Shown here: in pieces, positions 46,315 to 55,768 of the stretch
How the letters are laid out: each line of letters starts with the position of its first letter
Numbering within the stretch: position 1 is the first letter of the stretch
NCBI GenBank assembly: GCA_024641705.1
Contig: JAHECO010000005.1
Coordinates: 12,770 to 76,769, forward strand
Length of the DNA: 64,000 nt
From: Candidatus Kryptoniota bacterium
Lineage (GTDB): Bacteria > Bacteroidota > Ignavibacteria > Kryptoniales > JAKASW01
Direction: 5' to 3'
The notes under the pieces: model-generated
Databases searched by the model: none
Seen by the model: the letters and a program-made list of their open reading frames with translations, nothing else
Told to the model about the DNA's origin: nothing
Translations under genes and position numbers: made by a program

Positions 46315-47493
46315 ATGGACAAGCCGTTTCATATCGCAACCGCAAAGGATATACTAGAAGGGAAAGTCACGGATATATACTTCCGGCGTGCGCTGGAAGT
46401 CCTGAACTCGAAGAACGTACGGAAAACTGTCAAGGCTGAGTTTGTCGTGAAGCGTTTTCCGGGAAATTATCCATGGGCAATCCTGGCCGGCCTTGACGAA
46501 GCTCTCTCGCTGCTCGCGAACGTTCCGGTAAAGGTGAAGGCTATGCCGGAAGGATCGGTGTTTCATCAAAACGAACCGGTGATGGTGATAGAAGGATTGT
46601 ACCAGGACTTTGCCGTTCATGAGACGGCGCTGCTCGGTTTCCTCTGTCAGGCATCGGGGATTGCCACGAAGGCGGCGAGAGTCCGCGTAGCTGCGGGTAC
46701 TAAGCCGGTCATCCACTTCGGTGCCAGGCGCATGCATCCCGCAATAACTCCGATGATAGACCGGAGCGCGTTTATCGGCGGATGCGATGGAGTCGCAACG
46801 CTTGCTGGCGCGGAAGAACTCGGGCTCAAGCCCACCGGGACGATGCCCCATTCGATGATACTTCTCTTCGGCGATACTATCGAAGCAGCCAGGGCATTCG
46901 ACGAAGTCGTAGACCCGATGGTTCAGCGGACGGTCCTTGTGGATACTTTCCACGATGAGAAGTTCGAATCTATCATGGTTGCAGAAGCGCTCGGCAAGAA
47001 GCTGTACGCCGTCAGGCTCGATACCCCGGGGTCGCGGCGCGGAGACTTTTACGCGATCTGCAAAGAGGTCAGGTGGGAGCTCGACATGCGGGGATTCAGA
47101 CACGTCAAGATCCTCGTAAGCGGTGACGTCAACGAGTTTTCCATCAGGAAGCTGAATGAAGTCGTGGACTCGTACGGTGTCGGCACTTCCATAAGCAGTG
47201 CTCCGGTTCTGGATTTTGCGATGGATATTGTCGAGATTGACGGGAAGCCGATCTCAAAACGCGGCAAGTTCTCCGGCGAGAAACAGGTGTATCTCGACAA
47301 ACGGAACGGCAGAAGGTACATCGATGTCGCTTCCAGGAAAGCCAGGAGAGGTTATTCGCCGCTTCTGGTGCCGACGCTGGACAAAGGCAGGTATCTCTCC
47401 GCCCGGCCGGAACACGGCGAAGTGAGGAAGTACGTACTAAAGCAACTCGAAAAATACGACCTGGGAATTGAATCCGAACCTGAAGGGAACTGA
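46315..47493 (+). CDS. pncB: nicotinate phosphoribosyltransferase (archaeal-like short form)
   Basis: The start is set at ATG 46315 (SD AAAGGAG). The sequence has DIYFRRALEVL, GTMPHSMILLFGD, AVRLDTPGSRRG and a LVSGDVNE tail. Confidence 0.85.
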   Translation: MDKPFHIATAKDILEGKVTDIYFRRALEVLNSKNVRKTVKAEFVVKRFPGNYPWAILAGLDEALSLLANVPVKVKAMPEGSVFHQNEPVMVIEGLYQDFAVHETALLGFLCQASGIATKAARVRVAAGTKPVIHFGARRMHPAITPMIDRSAFIGGCDGVATLAGAEELGLKPTGTMPHSMILLFGDTIEAARAFDEVVDPMVQRTVLVDTFHDEKFESIMVAEALGKKLYAVRLDTPGSRRGDFYAICKEVRWELDMRGFRHVKILVSGDVNEFSIRKLNEVVDSYGVGTSISSAPVLDFAMDIVEIDGKPISKRGKFSGEKQVYLDKRNGRRYIDVASRKARRGYSPLLVPTLDKGRYLSARPEHGEVRKYVLKQLEKYDLGIESEPEGN

Positions 47494-47911
47494 GTTTACT
47501 GCACTTGTGGCGGAGACAGCCGGGCAGAGCCTCGAGAACGCGGAACTTGTCGCGATACTGTTCGAGACCTGCGCGCGCGAGGGGATGATGTCTTCCTTCA
47601 AGGAGCTTGCGCTTTACGCGAAGGGCTTCCAGAAGATTGCCAGATTGCTCTCGGCCGACACGGCGAACGACGACACGAAGGCCAGGGCGAGAACGGAACT
47701 CGAAGGATTCATAAAGAAATTCTCCGATCTGGTCGAGAGGATATTGTCAAGGCTTCCCAAGGAAAGAAGGGAAGCGTTTCAGATTAATTTTCTCCTTCCT
47801 ACGCCCGGATCTTTCCGGAATCTGAGAGCGTTGCTAAACGATTTCATAAAGGTAAAGGATTTCCTTCTCGCGGAACGCGACAAGGGCTATCGCCTGTGGA
47901 AGGCGGACTGA
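47468..47911 (+). CDS. hypothetical, predicted all-helical protein
   Basis: 147 aa ORF whose TTG start overlaps the pncB 3' end. No recognised motif, and the start is uncertain. Confidence 0.5.
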   Translation: MNPNLKGTEFTALVAETAGQSLENAELVAILFETCAREGMMSSFKELALYAKGFQKIARLLSADTANDDTKARARTELEGFIKKFSDLVERILSRLPKERREAFQINFLLPTPGSFRNLRALLNDFIKVKDFLLAERDKGYRLWKAD

Positions 47912-48272
47912 AAGCGGGCGACGAAGAATCTGTTCGGTTCGTTGTCGATGAAAGCATGGTCGCAGCTTTCGAGGGGCTACGGTGCACGGGGTTCTCTCCA
48001 CATTTCATCTCGTCTATTACACCGAGCTTGCGGCCAGGAGGTTGATCGAGCCGTTTCTTGAAGACGGGGAAGAAGCCGCGGGCTCGGAGATTTGCCTGAA
48101 TCACCTTGCTCCGACGCAGGTCGGAGATTCGGTCTCTGTGACGGCAAGATTGAAAGCCGTCGAAGGAAAGAAGATCATCTGTGAAATCTCAGCCTCGAAT
48201 TCTTCGGAGGCAATTTTGTCGGGTACACAGACACAGGTATTGATTGAAAGAGGCCGGCTAGACGGCGGGTGA
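47896..48272 (+). pseudogene. hot-dog fold thioesterase (FlK-like family) interrupted by a frameshift at a G-run
   Basis: Frame A from GTG 47896 gives MEGGLKAGDEESVRFVVDESMVAAFEG. Frame B (track ORF 47982..48272) gives ..VHGVLSTFHLVYYTELAARRLIEPFLEDGEEAAGSEICLNHLAPTQVGDSV... Together they form one typical roughly 125-aa thioesterase. The frames join at GGGG 47973-47976, and one extra base would restore the frame. Confidence 0.7.
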
Positions 48273-49436
48273 GTGTTTTGCCAGGATTGTCTCTGCAATC
48301 CCGTCGCTTACTTTGAATCCTTTCTTTGTCAGGGAAATTACTCCATCCTTGAATACACAGTACTCAGCGGTCTCCAGTCCCGAGATCATGTCCCGATCGA
48401 TGGTCAGCCCGAATGCTTCCCGCAAAATATCCGTATCCAACTTCCCCTGGCGAAGATGAAGGAGGACGAATTCGTCCAGCATCTGCGACGGAGTCAGTTT
48501 CTCCCTGGCGGACACCGGCGCTTCATCTGTTTTTAATCTCGCTATGTATTTCGCCAGGCTCGACACGTTCCACCATCTGGTGCCGTCGACATAGGAATGT
48601 GCGCTGGGCCCGAAGCCGGCATACTGTTCGGCGTTCCAGTATTTTAGGTTGTGCCTGCACTCGAATCCCCCTTGGGCGTAGTTTGAAATCTCGTAGTGCG
48701 AATAGCCGTGCTCTGCCATGAAATCCATTACGATTTCATACATCGACGATTCCACAGATTCCGTCGCCGGTACGATTCTCCCCTCGGCCACGGCCCCCGC
48801 CAGGGGAGTACCCGGTTCCACAATCAAAGAGTAGGCGGAAATGTGATCGGTCTCGAGCGACACCGCCTTCTCGAGGTTTGTCGTGAGCCTGTCGATGGGC
48901 TGGCCCGGCAGCGCGTAAATGAGGTCTATGTTGATGTTATCGAATCCGGCCTCTCGGGCAACCTCGACGGCTCTGAACGCCTCCGCGGGTCCGTGTATCC
49001 TCTCGAGGAACCTCAGCTCGTCCTCGAAGAACGATTGCACTCCGAAGCTCAGCCTGTTGGCGCCCAATGTCTTATAATCGGAAAGGTATGCGGTGTCGAT
49101 GGTACCCGGGTTACATTCCATAGTGAACTCCGCGTCGCTGGAGATCCGGAACGCGTCGTGCAGAGCCGCGAGTATCTTCTCGAGATCAGCCGGTTTCAGA
49201 AGTGATGGAGTCCCTCCTCCGAAGAAAACTGTGTCGGCGGCGAGGGGGTTGTGTGTCTCGGAGAAATGGCGAATCTCCCTCGAGATCGAATCTATGAATT
49301 CTTCCCGTTGTGAATGATTCTCGATGGAATAGAAGTCGCAGTAAAAGCACTTCTTCTCGCAGAACGGAATATGGACGTAGATCCCGATTTGGGAATCGGG
49401 ATTCTCTACCTTACGAGGAGACCGATCCGTTGCCAT
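48258..49436 (-). CDS. hemW: radical SAM family heme chaperone HemW (HemN-like)
   Basis: [21 protein letters not shown] is the CxxxCxxC radical-SAM motif, followed by GGGTPS. I place the start at the internal Met (49436), whereas the track extends to 49490. The 3' end overlaps the thioesterase 3' end by 15 nt in convergent orientation. Confidence 0.85.
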   Translation of the reverse strand: MATDRSPRKVENPDSQIGIYVHIPFCEKKCFYCDFYSIENHSQREEFIDSISREIRHFSETHNPLAADTVFFGGGTPSLLKPADLEKILAALHDAFRISSDAEFTMECNPGTIDTAYLSDYKTLGANRLSFGVQSFFEDELRFLERIHGPAEAFRAVEVAREAGFDNINIDLIYALPGQPIDRLTTNLEKAVSLETDHISAYSLIVEPGTPLAGAVAEGRIVPATESVESSMYEIVMDFMAEHGYSHYEISNYAQGGFECRHNLKYWNAEQYAGFGPSAHSYVDGTRWWNVSSLAKYIARLKTDEAPVSAREKLTPSQMLDEFVLLHLRQGKLDTDILREAFGLTIDRDMISGLETAEYCVFKDGVISLTKKGFKVSDGIAETILAKHSPAV

Positions 49437-50290
49437 TTGATCGATGCAATTTTGTCGGGCAAATCGTAGAGCGGTACGTGCACGTTCCATGACCAGTAGA
49501 CGATTATTGCCTGGCCTATTATGTTGTCGTCCGGGACGAATCCCCAGAACCTGCTGTCGAGACTGTTCTCGCGGTTATCCCCCATCATGAAATAGTAGTT
49601 ATGCTCGACGCGATACTTGTCGACCTACTTTCCATCGACGAGTATCTGTGATCCCTGCATCGAACACGAATGCCCCTCTCGCTCGATGAAGATTTTCCAC
49701 GCGGTAAAATCGGCAGGCGTCAGTGAAATGACATCGCCCTTGCTCGGCACGACTATCGGGCCGTAGTTGTCCTGATTGAAGTCAGAGCCCTCGGGAAAAA
49801 TTCCGGGCTGCGGATACCCTGTCGGAAAAAGCGGGAAGGGCTCGAACTTGACGTTCTGCGGATACGGTACCATCGTACCGTTCACGAACAATATCCGGTT
49901 TATTACCTGCACCGTATCGCCCGGGAGTGCGATGCACCTCTTTACGTAGTTCTCCTGGACGACAGGTCTCACTTCATCCCTGTTTCCTGGCCAGTCGAAA
50001 CAGATGATGTCTCCACGGTGCGGCTGAGACAGGGCAGGAAACCTGAAGTGGGGTATCCGTATATCGGTGAACGGAAGATAACGCGGGGTGGTGGAGCCGT
50101 AGATTACTTTGTTGACGAAAACGTAGTCGCCCGTCATGATCGTATTCTCCATGGAGCCGCTCTGCACGCCGTAGCCCTGGACGACGAACGTCACTATAAA
50201 AAGCGTGATGAGAACGGGCATGAGAAAGCCCGATTTGAGGCTGAGAATCAAAGAGGTGAATCTGTTCTCACTCTTGCCGCGAGGCGTCAT
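49406..50290 (-). pseudogene. lepB: signal peptidase I, copy 1, interrupted by a single in-frame TAG (49625-49627)
   Basis: Track ORFs 49625..50290 and 49406..49588 are in the same frame. Across the junction I read ..[39 protein letters not shown].., which aligns codon-for-codon with the intact paralog (..[38 protein letters not shown]..). SGSMENT (Ser box) and KRCIALPGD (Lys box) lie upstream of the stop. The GDNRxxSxDSR box lies downstream. Confidence 0.8.
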
Positions 50291-50311
50291 CTCACATCCT
50301 CCAGTGTCCGG

Positions 50312-51229
50312 TTATTTTATCAACATCCCTATTCTTCCCCAGCGAACGCTTCCCAGTTTGGAAAAGATGCTGTAGAAGGGAATATTGGGGTCCCACGACC
50401 AGTAGACTATCATTGCTTCGCCCACGATGTTTTTGAAGGGGACGAACCCCCAGAACCGGCTGTCAAGACTGTTCTCCCGATTGTCCCCCATCATGAAATA
50501 ATAATTATTCCGGACAATGTACGTCGTCGCCGGTTTGTTGTCGACATACACAGTCGTGTCCCTGAGGTCGCACGTGTGTCCCTCACGGTCGATGAAAATC
50601 CTCCATCTCAGGAAATCGCTCTTGGAAAGATGTACTATCTCTCCCTTCTTGGGGACGACGATCGGACCGTAATAATCCTCGTTCCAGTCGGAGCCCTCCG
50701 GAAATATCTGCGGGTTCGGATAACCTTTGGGCATAATGGCATAGGTATCGAATTTTACACCGGCGGGATAGGGAACGAGTTTACTGTTGACGTAAACGAC
50801 CCTGTCTATTACCTGAACCGTATCTCCCGGCGTCCCGACACAGCGCTTGATGTAGTTCACCGGTTCCGGGGGCTTTACCTGGTCGCGGTCTCCGGGCCAT
50901 TCGAAGACGACCACGTCGCCGCGCTGCGGTCGCCGCAGGGGAGGGAGCTGGAAATACGGAATCGAGATGTCTGTAAACGGGAGGTACTGCAGGCTCTTCG
51001 AGCCGTAGATGAATTTGTTGACAAGGAGAAAGTCGCCGACCAGCAGGGTGTTTTCCATGGAGCCGGTCGGGATCCTGTATGCTTCCACGACGAAAATCTT
51101 GAGGAGGAGGGCGACGACGATCGCGAAGATCAGGCCTTCCATCGAGTCACGGAATCCTCTCTTTCCTGTCTTCTGTTGCTTCTTGTCTTGCTTTTTGCCT
51201 GCAGAGCGGGGTGCTGTTGTTTGGTTCAA
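50312..51229 (-). CDS. lepB: signal peptidase I, copy 2 (intact)
   Basis: 305 aa with TGSMENT, KRCVGTPGD and [17 protein letters not shown] boxes. Confidence 0.92.
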   Translation of the reverse strand: MNQTTAPRSAGKKQDKKQQKTGKRGFRDSMEGLIFAIVVALLLKIFVVEAYRIPTGSMENTLLVGDFLLVNKFIYGSKSLQYLPFTDISIPYFQLPPLRRPQRGDVVVFEWPGDRDQVKPPEPVNYIKRCVGTPGDTVQVIDRVVYVNSKLVPYPAGVKFDTYAIMPKGYPNPQIFPEGSDWNEDYYGPIVVPKKGEIVHLSKSDFLRWRIFIDREGHTCDLRDTTVYVDNKPATTYIVRNNYYFMMGDNRENSLDSRFWGFVPFKNIVGEAMIVYWSWDPNIPFYSIFSKLGSVRWGRIGMLIK

Positions 51230-51254
51230 TTTGCTTTCTCCATGATCCTCGTGG

Positions 51255-53066
51255 TCACTCTTCGTCGTTCAGTGAAAGTACGGCAAGGAACGCCTCCTGC
51301 GGGACTTCGACCCGGCCGATCTGCTTCATACGCTTCTTGCCTTCTTTTTGTTTCTCGAGGAGTTTGCGCTTCCTCGTTATGTCGCCGCCGTAGCATTTCG
51401 CTATAACATTCTTCCTGATAGGGGAGATACTCTCCCTCGCTATTACCTTGCTTCCGATCGCAGCCTGTATCACGACCTCGAAGAGCTGCTTCGGGATGAG
51501 TTTACGCAGGCGGGAGCTCAGTTTCCGTCCCCATTCGTAAGCTTTGTCACGGTGAACGACGGACGACAGGGCGTCGACGACGTCGCCGTTCAGAAGTATG
51601 TCCAGCTTTACGAGTTCGGACTCACGGTTGTCCAGGTATTCATAATCGAATGAAGCGTAACCGCGCGTCATGGACTTAAGCTTGTCGAAGAAATCGAATA
51701 CGATCTCAGCCAGCGGAAGCTCGAACCTTATGTCCGCCCGCTTCGTGTCGATGTAGGTCGTGTTCTTGTACACCCCGCGCCTGTCCATGCAGAGCTTCAT
51801 CACGTTGCCGATGAATTCGGAGGGGCAGATTATCTGCGCGGTGACGTAAGGTTCCTCGATATGATCTATTTCCGCAGGAGACGGCATCTCTGCGGGGTTG
51901 TCGACGAGGAGGATTTCACCCGACGTCTTCACCACCTTGTACTCCACGTTCGGAACGGTCGTGATTATTGTCTGGTCGAACTCGCGTTCCAGTCGCTCCT
52001 GTACTATCTCCATATGGAGAAGTCCAAGGAAGCCGCACCTGAAACCGAAACCGAGCGCGGTGGATGTCTCCGGCTCGTAAAGGAGTGCGGCATCGTTCAG
52101 CTTGAACTTGGCGAGCGCGTCGCGCAGCTCCTCGAAGTGTTCGCTCTGGGCCGGATAGAGTCCGCTGAAAACCATCGGCTTCACTTCCCGGTAGCCGGGC
52201 AGGGGAGAGTCGGCGGGGCTTTCGCTGTTCATGACGGTGTCTCCGACCCTTGTTTCCGTGAGCTCCTTGACACCCGCGATAAGGTAACCGACGTTGCCGG
52301 CTTCAAGCTCGCCCGTCGGCACACGCTCCATCCCCAGAACGCCTACTTCTTCCGACTGAAAGACCTTTCCGGTCTTGTGGAAGAGCACCTTGTCGTTTGT
52401 GCGGAGCGTGCCGTCCATGATCCGGATATAGGTCACCACGCCCCGGTAGGAATCATATTTCGCGTCGAAGATCAATGCGCGCAGCGGCGCGTCCGATGAA
52501 CCGGAGGGAGGAGGTATCATCGCGACCACGGCCTCCAGTATCTCGTCGATCCCGATTTTCGCCTTGGCGCTGGCAAGGAGTATTTCACTTTCCTTACAGC
52601 CGATCAGATCGACAAGCTGGTGTTTTACATCCTCGACCATGGCGCTCGGAAGGTCGATCTTGTTTATGACGGGGATGATCTCAAGTCCCGCATCTATAGC
52701 GAGGTAGACGTTGCTGATTGTCTGGGCCTCTACCCCCTGCGATGCATCGACAACGAGTATTGCCCCTTCGCAGGCGGCGAGCGATCGCGACACTTCGTAC
52801 GAGAAATCAACGTGACCCGGGGTATCGATCAGGTTGAACGTGTAGCTGTTCCCGTCATGCGCCCTGTAGTTCATCTGGATCGCGTGGCTCTTTATAGTGA
52901 TGCCGCGCTCGCGCTCGAGAGGCATATCGTCGAGTATCTGGTCGACCATTTCCCGCTCTGTTATCGTGCCGGTGCGTTCAAGAAGTCTGTCGGCAAGCGT
53001 TGATTTGCCGTGGTCGATATGCGCAATGATACAGAAATTGCGGATTAGCCGGGGAGAAAGACTCAT
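51255..53066 (-). CDS. lepA: translation elongation factor 4
   Basis: 603 aa with [26 protein letters not shown] and the LepA-specific C-terminal domain. It is followed by lepB, as is classic. Confidence 0.96.
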   Translation of the reverse strand: MSLSPRLIRNFCIIAHIDHGKSTLADRLLERTGTITEREMVDQILDDMPLERERGITIKSHAIQMNYRAHDGNSYTFNLIDTPGHVDFSYEVSRSLAACEGAILVVDASQGVEAQTISNVYLAIDAGLEIIPVINKIDLPSAMVEDVKHQLVDLIGCKESEILLASAKAKIGIDEILEAVVAMIPPPSGSSDAPLRALIFDAKYDSYRGVVTYIRIMDGTLRTNDKVLFHKTGKVFQSEEVGVLGMERVPTGELEAGNVGYLIAGVKELTETRVGDTVMNSESPADSPLPGYREVKPMVFSGLYPAQSEHFEELRDALAKFKLNDAALLYEPETSTALGFGFRCGFLGLLHMEIVQERLEREFDQTIITTVPNVEYKVVKTSGEILLVDNPAEMPSPAEIDHIEEPYVTAQIICPSEFIGNVMKLCMDRRGVYKNTTYIDTKRADIRFELPLAEIVFDFFDKLKSMTRGYASFDYEYLDNRESELVKLDILLNGDVVDALSSVVHRDKAYEWGRKLSSRLRKLIPKQLFEVVIQAAIGSKVIARESISPIRKNVIAKCYGGDITRKRKLLEKQKEGKKRMKQIGRVEVPQEAFLAVLSLNDEE

Positions 53067-53336
53067 TCTATTCGGTTAGGGTATTTCATCTGTTCTGTAA
53101 AACAATATACGCAAACGGGCGGCGTTTATCAATTTACGAGATGATTTCGCGGTTTCTGGCTCCCGTGTCCGATCAACTTTGACGCGCTGCCATCCTTGAA
53201 GTTCATCGACCAAACGAATGTCGCAAGCTGCTTGAAACAGTATTCGATTTTCAGCAGATTTAGTTTCGTCAGGGAAGGGACATTAAAGGGAATATATCTG
53301 GATTAAGGTTTTACCGACCTGGACTGCAGGTCAGGC

Positions 53337-53966
53337 ATGTGGAATAGTTTTGGGAGTAGAAACTTGAGAATGATTATCATCGCGGGCGTGCTCTCGGCAT
53401 TCTCAGTGGCAGAATGCCAGTATCTTTCGTCTCGGTGGGAAGAAGGGACGAGGCCGAGCAGGTACGCGTTACAACTCGTCCTGCTGTCGGCACAATCGGG
53501 CGTACCTGTCGTCGCGAATCCGACTCTGGGTTTCTCGCCAGCATGGGTTGACACGTCGGACGCGAGTAACGTGCCGTCGGCAGACTCGGCGAGTCAGGGT
53601 CGCCGATGTGTTCCTCTGGCCATTGCAGGTGAGATAGTTCTCGGAGGGTTCATGGGCTCCGCTTTCTCGGTGCCGTGCGGTTACGCAGCCGTACAGATCA
53701 GCGGTGCGAAAGGATTCGAGGGGATGGCGGTCGGCATTGTCGGCATGTATGCCGGGTACGTAGTCGGTTCATCACTGGGGGTATACGCAGGAGGAGACGG
53801 GCAATCTCGGCACATTTCTGAATTGGGAACAATCGGCAGCGGTTTGATAGGAGGGGCGGTCAGCGTTTTGATATTTGCGGCCTCTGACCAGAAGGGGATT
53901 CCGACTGTGCTCCCGCTGGTCCTACCACTTGTCGTGTCCATCATCTACGTTGAAGTGTTCAACTAA
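53337..53966 (+). CDS. hypothetical glycine-zipper membrane protein
   Basis: 209 aa with a possible signal peptide if started at Met 53370 (MIIIAGVLSAFSVAEC). The C-terminal half is rich in GxxxG-type repeats (GIVGMYAGYVVGSSLGVYAGG, GSGLIGGAVSVL). No family recognised. Confidence 0.45.
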   Translation: MWNSFGSRNLRMIIIAGVLSAFSVAECQYLSSRWEEGTRPSRYALQLVLLSAQSGVPVVANPTLGFSPAWVDTSDASNVPSADSASQGRRCVPLAIAGEIVLGGFMGSAFSVPCGYAAVQISGAKGFEGMAVGIVGMYAGYVVGSSLGVYAGGDGQSRHISELGTIGSGLIGGAVSVLIFAASDQKGIPTVLPLVLPLVVSIIYVEVFN

Positions 53967-54021
53967 CGATGTGTGTCCTGTGGATAGTCCCGTCCGGTAG
54001 CCAACACTGCGTCACGTCAGC

Positions 54022-54969
54022 TTAGCTGCTTGCCGCTGTGAGGAGTCTTACTGCCTCTTCAGTGAGTTTCAACTCTACGCCCTTTATCAACTCTTCAAGC
54101 TGAGTCAGATTTGTCGCGCTCGCTATCGGGGCAACTACGCAGGGCCTGGTCAGGAGCCACGCAAGCGCAACGCTCGCGGGAGAAGTTCGGTGTTCTTTCG
54201 CAATCTCGTTGAGTGCGGCAAGAATCCTGAATCCTTTTTCGTTCAGATATTTTCGGATACCGTTGCCTCTCGCACTCTTCGTCAGGTCTGCTTCGGAGCG
54301 GTATTTCCCGGTCAGGAATCCGCTTGCAAGGGAATAGTAAGTTATCACGCCGAGCCGCTCTTCGGCGCAAATCTTCTGCAGAGATTGTTCGAAAGCCTCC
54401 CGCTCATAAAGATTGTAGTGAGGCTGAAGCGACTCATACCTGGGGAAGCCGTTCTTTCGACTCGCCTCCATCGATGCACGCAGCCTCTCGGGCGAGAGGT
54501 TCGATGCTCCTATCCACCTAACTTTGCCCTCCTTCACGAGTTGGGCATATGCTTCAAGAGTCTCTTCTACCGGTGTGGTTTCGACGTCCCAGTGTGTCTG
54601 GTACAAGTCGATGTAGTCCGTTTGCAGGCGGCGGAGTGAATCTTCGACGGCTGTCAGTATGTGCTGCTTCGAAACGTTGCGGTGACCCTGTCCGATATCG
54701 GATCCTACTTTGGTCGCTATTATCACCCTCGACCGGTTACCGCTCTTCTTCATCCATTTCCCTATCACGGTCTCCGATTCGCCTCCTTTGTTTCCCGGCA
54801 CCCACCGTGAGTATGAGTTTGCCGTGTCTATGAGATCGAATCCTGCTTCGACAAATGCATCAAGGAGTTCAAATGCCGTCTTTTCGTCCACAGTCCATCC
54901 AAACACGTTCCCTCCGAATGCTAGTGGAGAGACGCGCAGGGCGGATCTTCCTATTTGCCTCTTTTCCAA
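54022..54969 (-). CDS. aldo/keto reductase
   Basis: 315 aa with the pattern LAFGGNVFGW...GFDLIDTANSY...GESE..IG, matching the AKR fold. Confidence 0.88.
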   Translation of the reverse strand: MEKRQIGRSALRVSPLAFGGNVFGWTVDEKTAFELLDAFVEAGFDLIDTANSYSRWVPGNKGGESETVIGKWMKKSGNRSRVIIATKVGSDIGQGHRNVSKQHILTAVEDSLRRLQTDYIDLYQTHWDVETTPVEETLEAYAQLVKEGKVRWIGASNLSPERLRASMEASRKNGFPRYESLQPHYNLYEREAFEQSLQKICAEERLGVITYYSLASGFLTGKYRSEADLTKSARGNGIRKYLNEKGFRILAALNEIAKEHRTSPASVALAWLLTRPCVVAPIASATNLTQLEELIKGVELKLTEEAVRLLTAASS

Positions 54970-55044
54970 TTCAAGATCCTTTTTTGACGGGGTTTACCCG
55001 GATTCTGCTGAATCGTTTGTTGACCTTGCGGCGTGCTGATGCCT

Positions 55045-55533
55045 TCAGGCAGCAATGTCTCTCAATGCAGCCACGAACTGCTGTGGATTGTCGGGCGTAA
55101 CCACGACAGTCCTGTTGGAGAAGTGGAGGACAACGGACAACTCGGGGTTTGTCGCGAACGCTCGATAATGGCCCAGCTTCTTGTTGTGGAAATACCCGGC
55201 AATGCAGAACAATCCTCCATTGCCGAAAGTTCTGATCGAACCCTTCATCGCCTCGCGATCGATCTCATACGACTTGAGGTCCGACAGATCGATCCTTGAA
55301 TTCCAAACGAACCTCTGCACAAAGAGCGTTTCTTTCGTGACGATGTATCCGCGAATGATGAAGAAAGAAGAGCCGGTTGCAAGGAGTAGAGGTACGCCGC
55401 TAATCATGAAAGCCGCGAATAAACCATCGTGGTGAATTCCTGTCCGTCCTATCGTGGATGCGGCGAAGAGTATAAGTATGAAAGCGAGCGTGGTGTAGCT
55501 CAGCTTTCTGCTCTATGGAGCCCGAAATGTCAT
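55045..55533 (-). pseudogene. bacterial PH-domain membrane protein with an in-frame TAG at codon 7 (55513-55515)
   Basis: The track ORF starts at Met 55407, but the frame stays open for 35 more codons encoding a TM helix (SRKLSYTTLAFILILFAASTIGRTGIHHDGLFAAF). Immediately upstream I read ATG ACA TTT CGG GCT CCA TAG (MTFRAP*). The C-terminal part (FGNGGLFCIAGYFHNKKLGHYRAFATNPE..VVVTPDNPQQF) resembles small bPH-domain proteins. Confidence 0.6.
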
Positions 55534-55768
55534 GTACCGTTGCATCACCGGAGATTAACCTCTGAAAAAATATAAACGCGTATGCGGGAAAAGGCAAAGG
55601 GATCATCTACAATTTCCGGCGAGTTCAGAGTCCGGATCTCTCCGCTCAGGGATCGCATGTCTGTTTTGTGCCCGGCTGTCGTACCCCTTTTGCACTGATG
55701 AAACTTAATTCCAAATGGCTTATAATTCGTGAACAAAAAGTCTGAACATTTATTCGTCGAGAGGCGCC

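Noticed and set aside
50018-51406. A 462-aa ORF on the plus strand across both lepB genes
   Set aside because: It is an antisense shadow of two well-supported signal peptidase genes and the lepA 3' end. It crosses their intergenic gaps and has no recognisable features.
49625-55515. Idea that TAG is reassigned to a sense codon in this organism
   Set aside because: TAG is the natural terminator, at the expected protein ends, of at least six well-conserved genes in the window: plsY 15385-15387, cdsA 21348-21350, the DUF3108 gene 23649-23651, ribD 32004-32006, atpC 38272-38274 and hemW 48258-48260. No pyl genes or suppressor tRNA are visible. Global reassignment is therefore unlikely, although site-specific read-through cannot be excluded.
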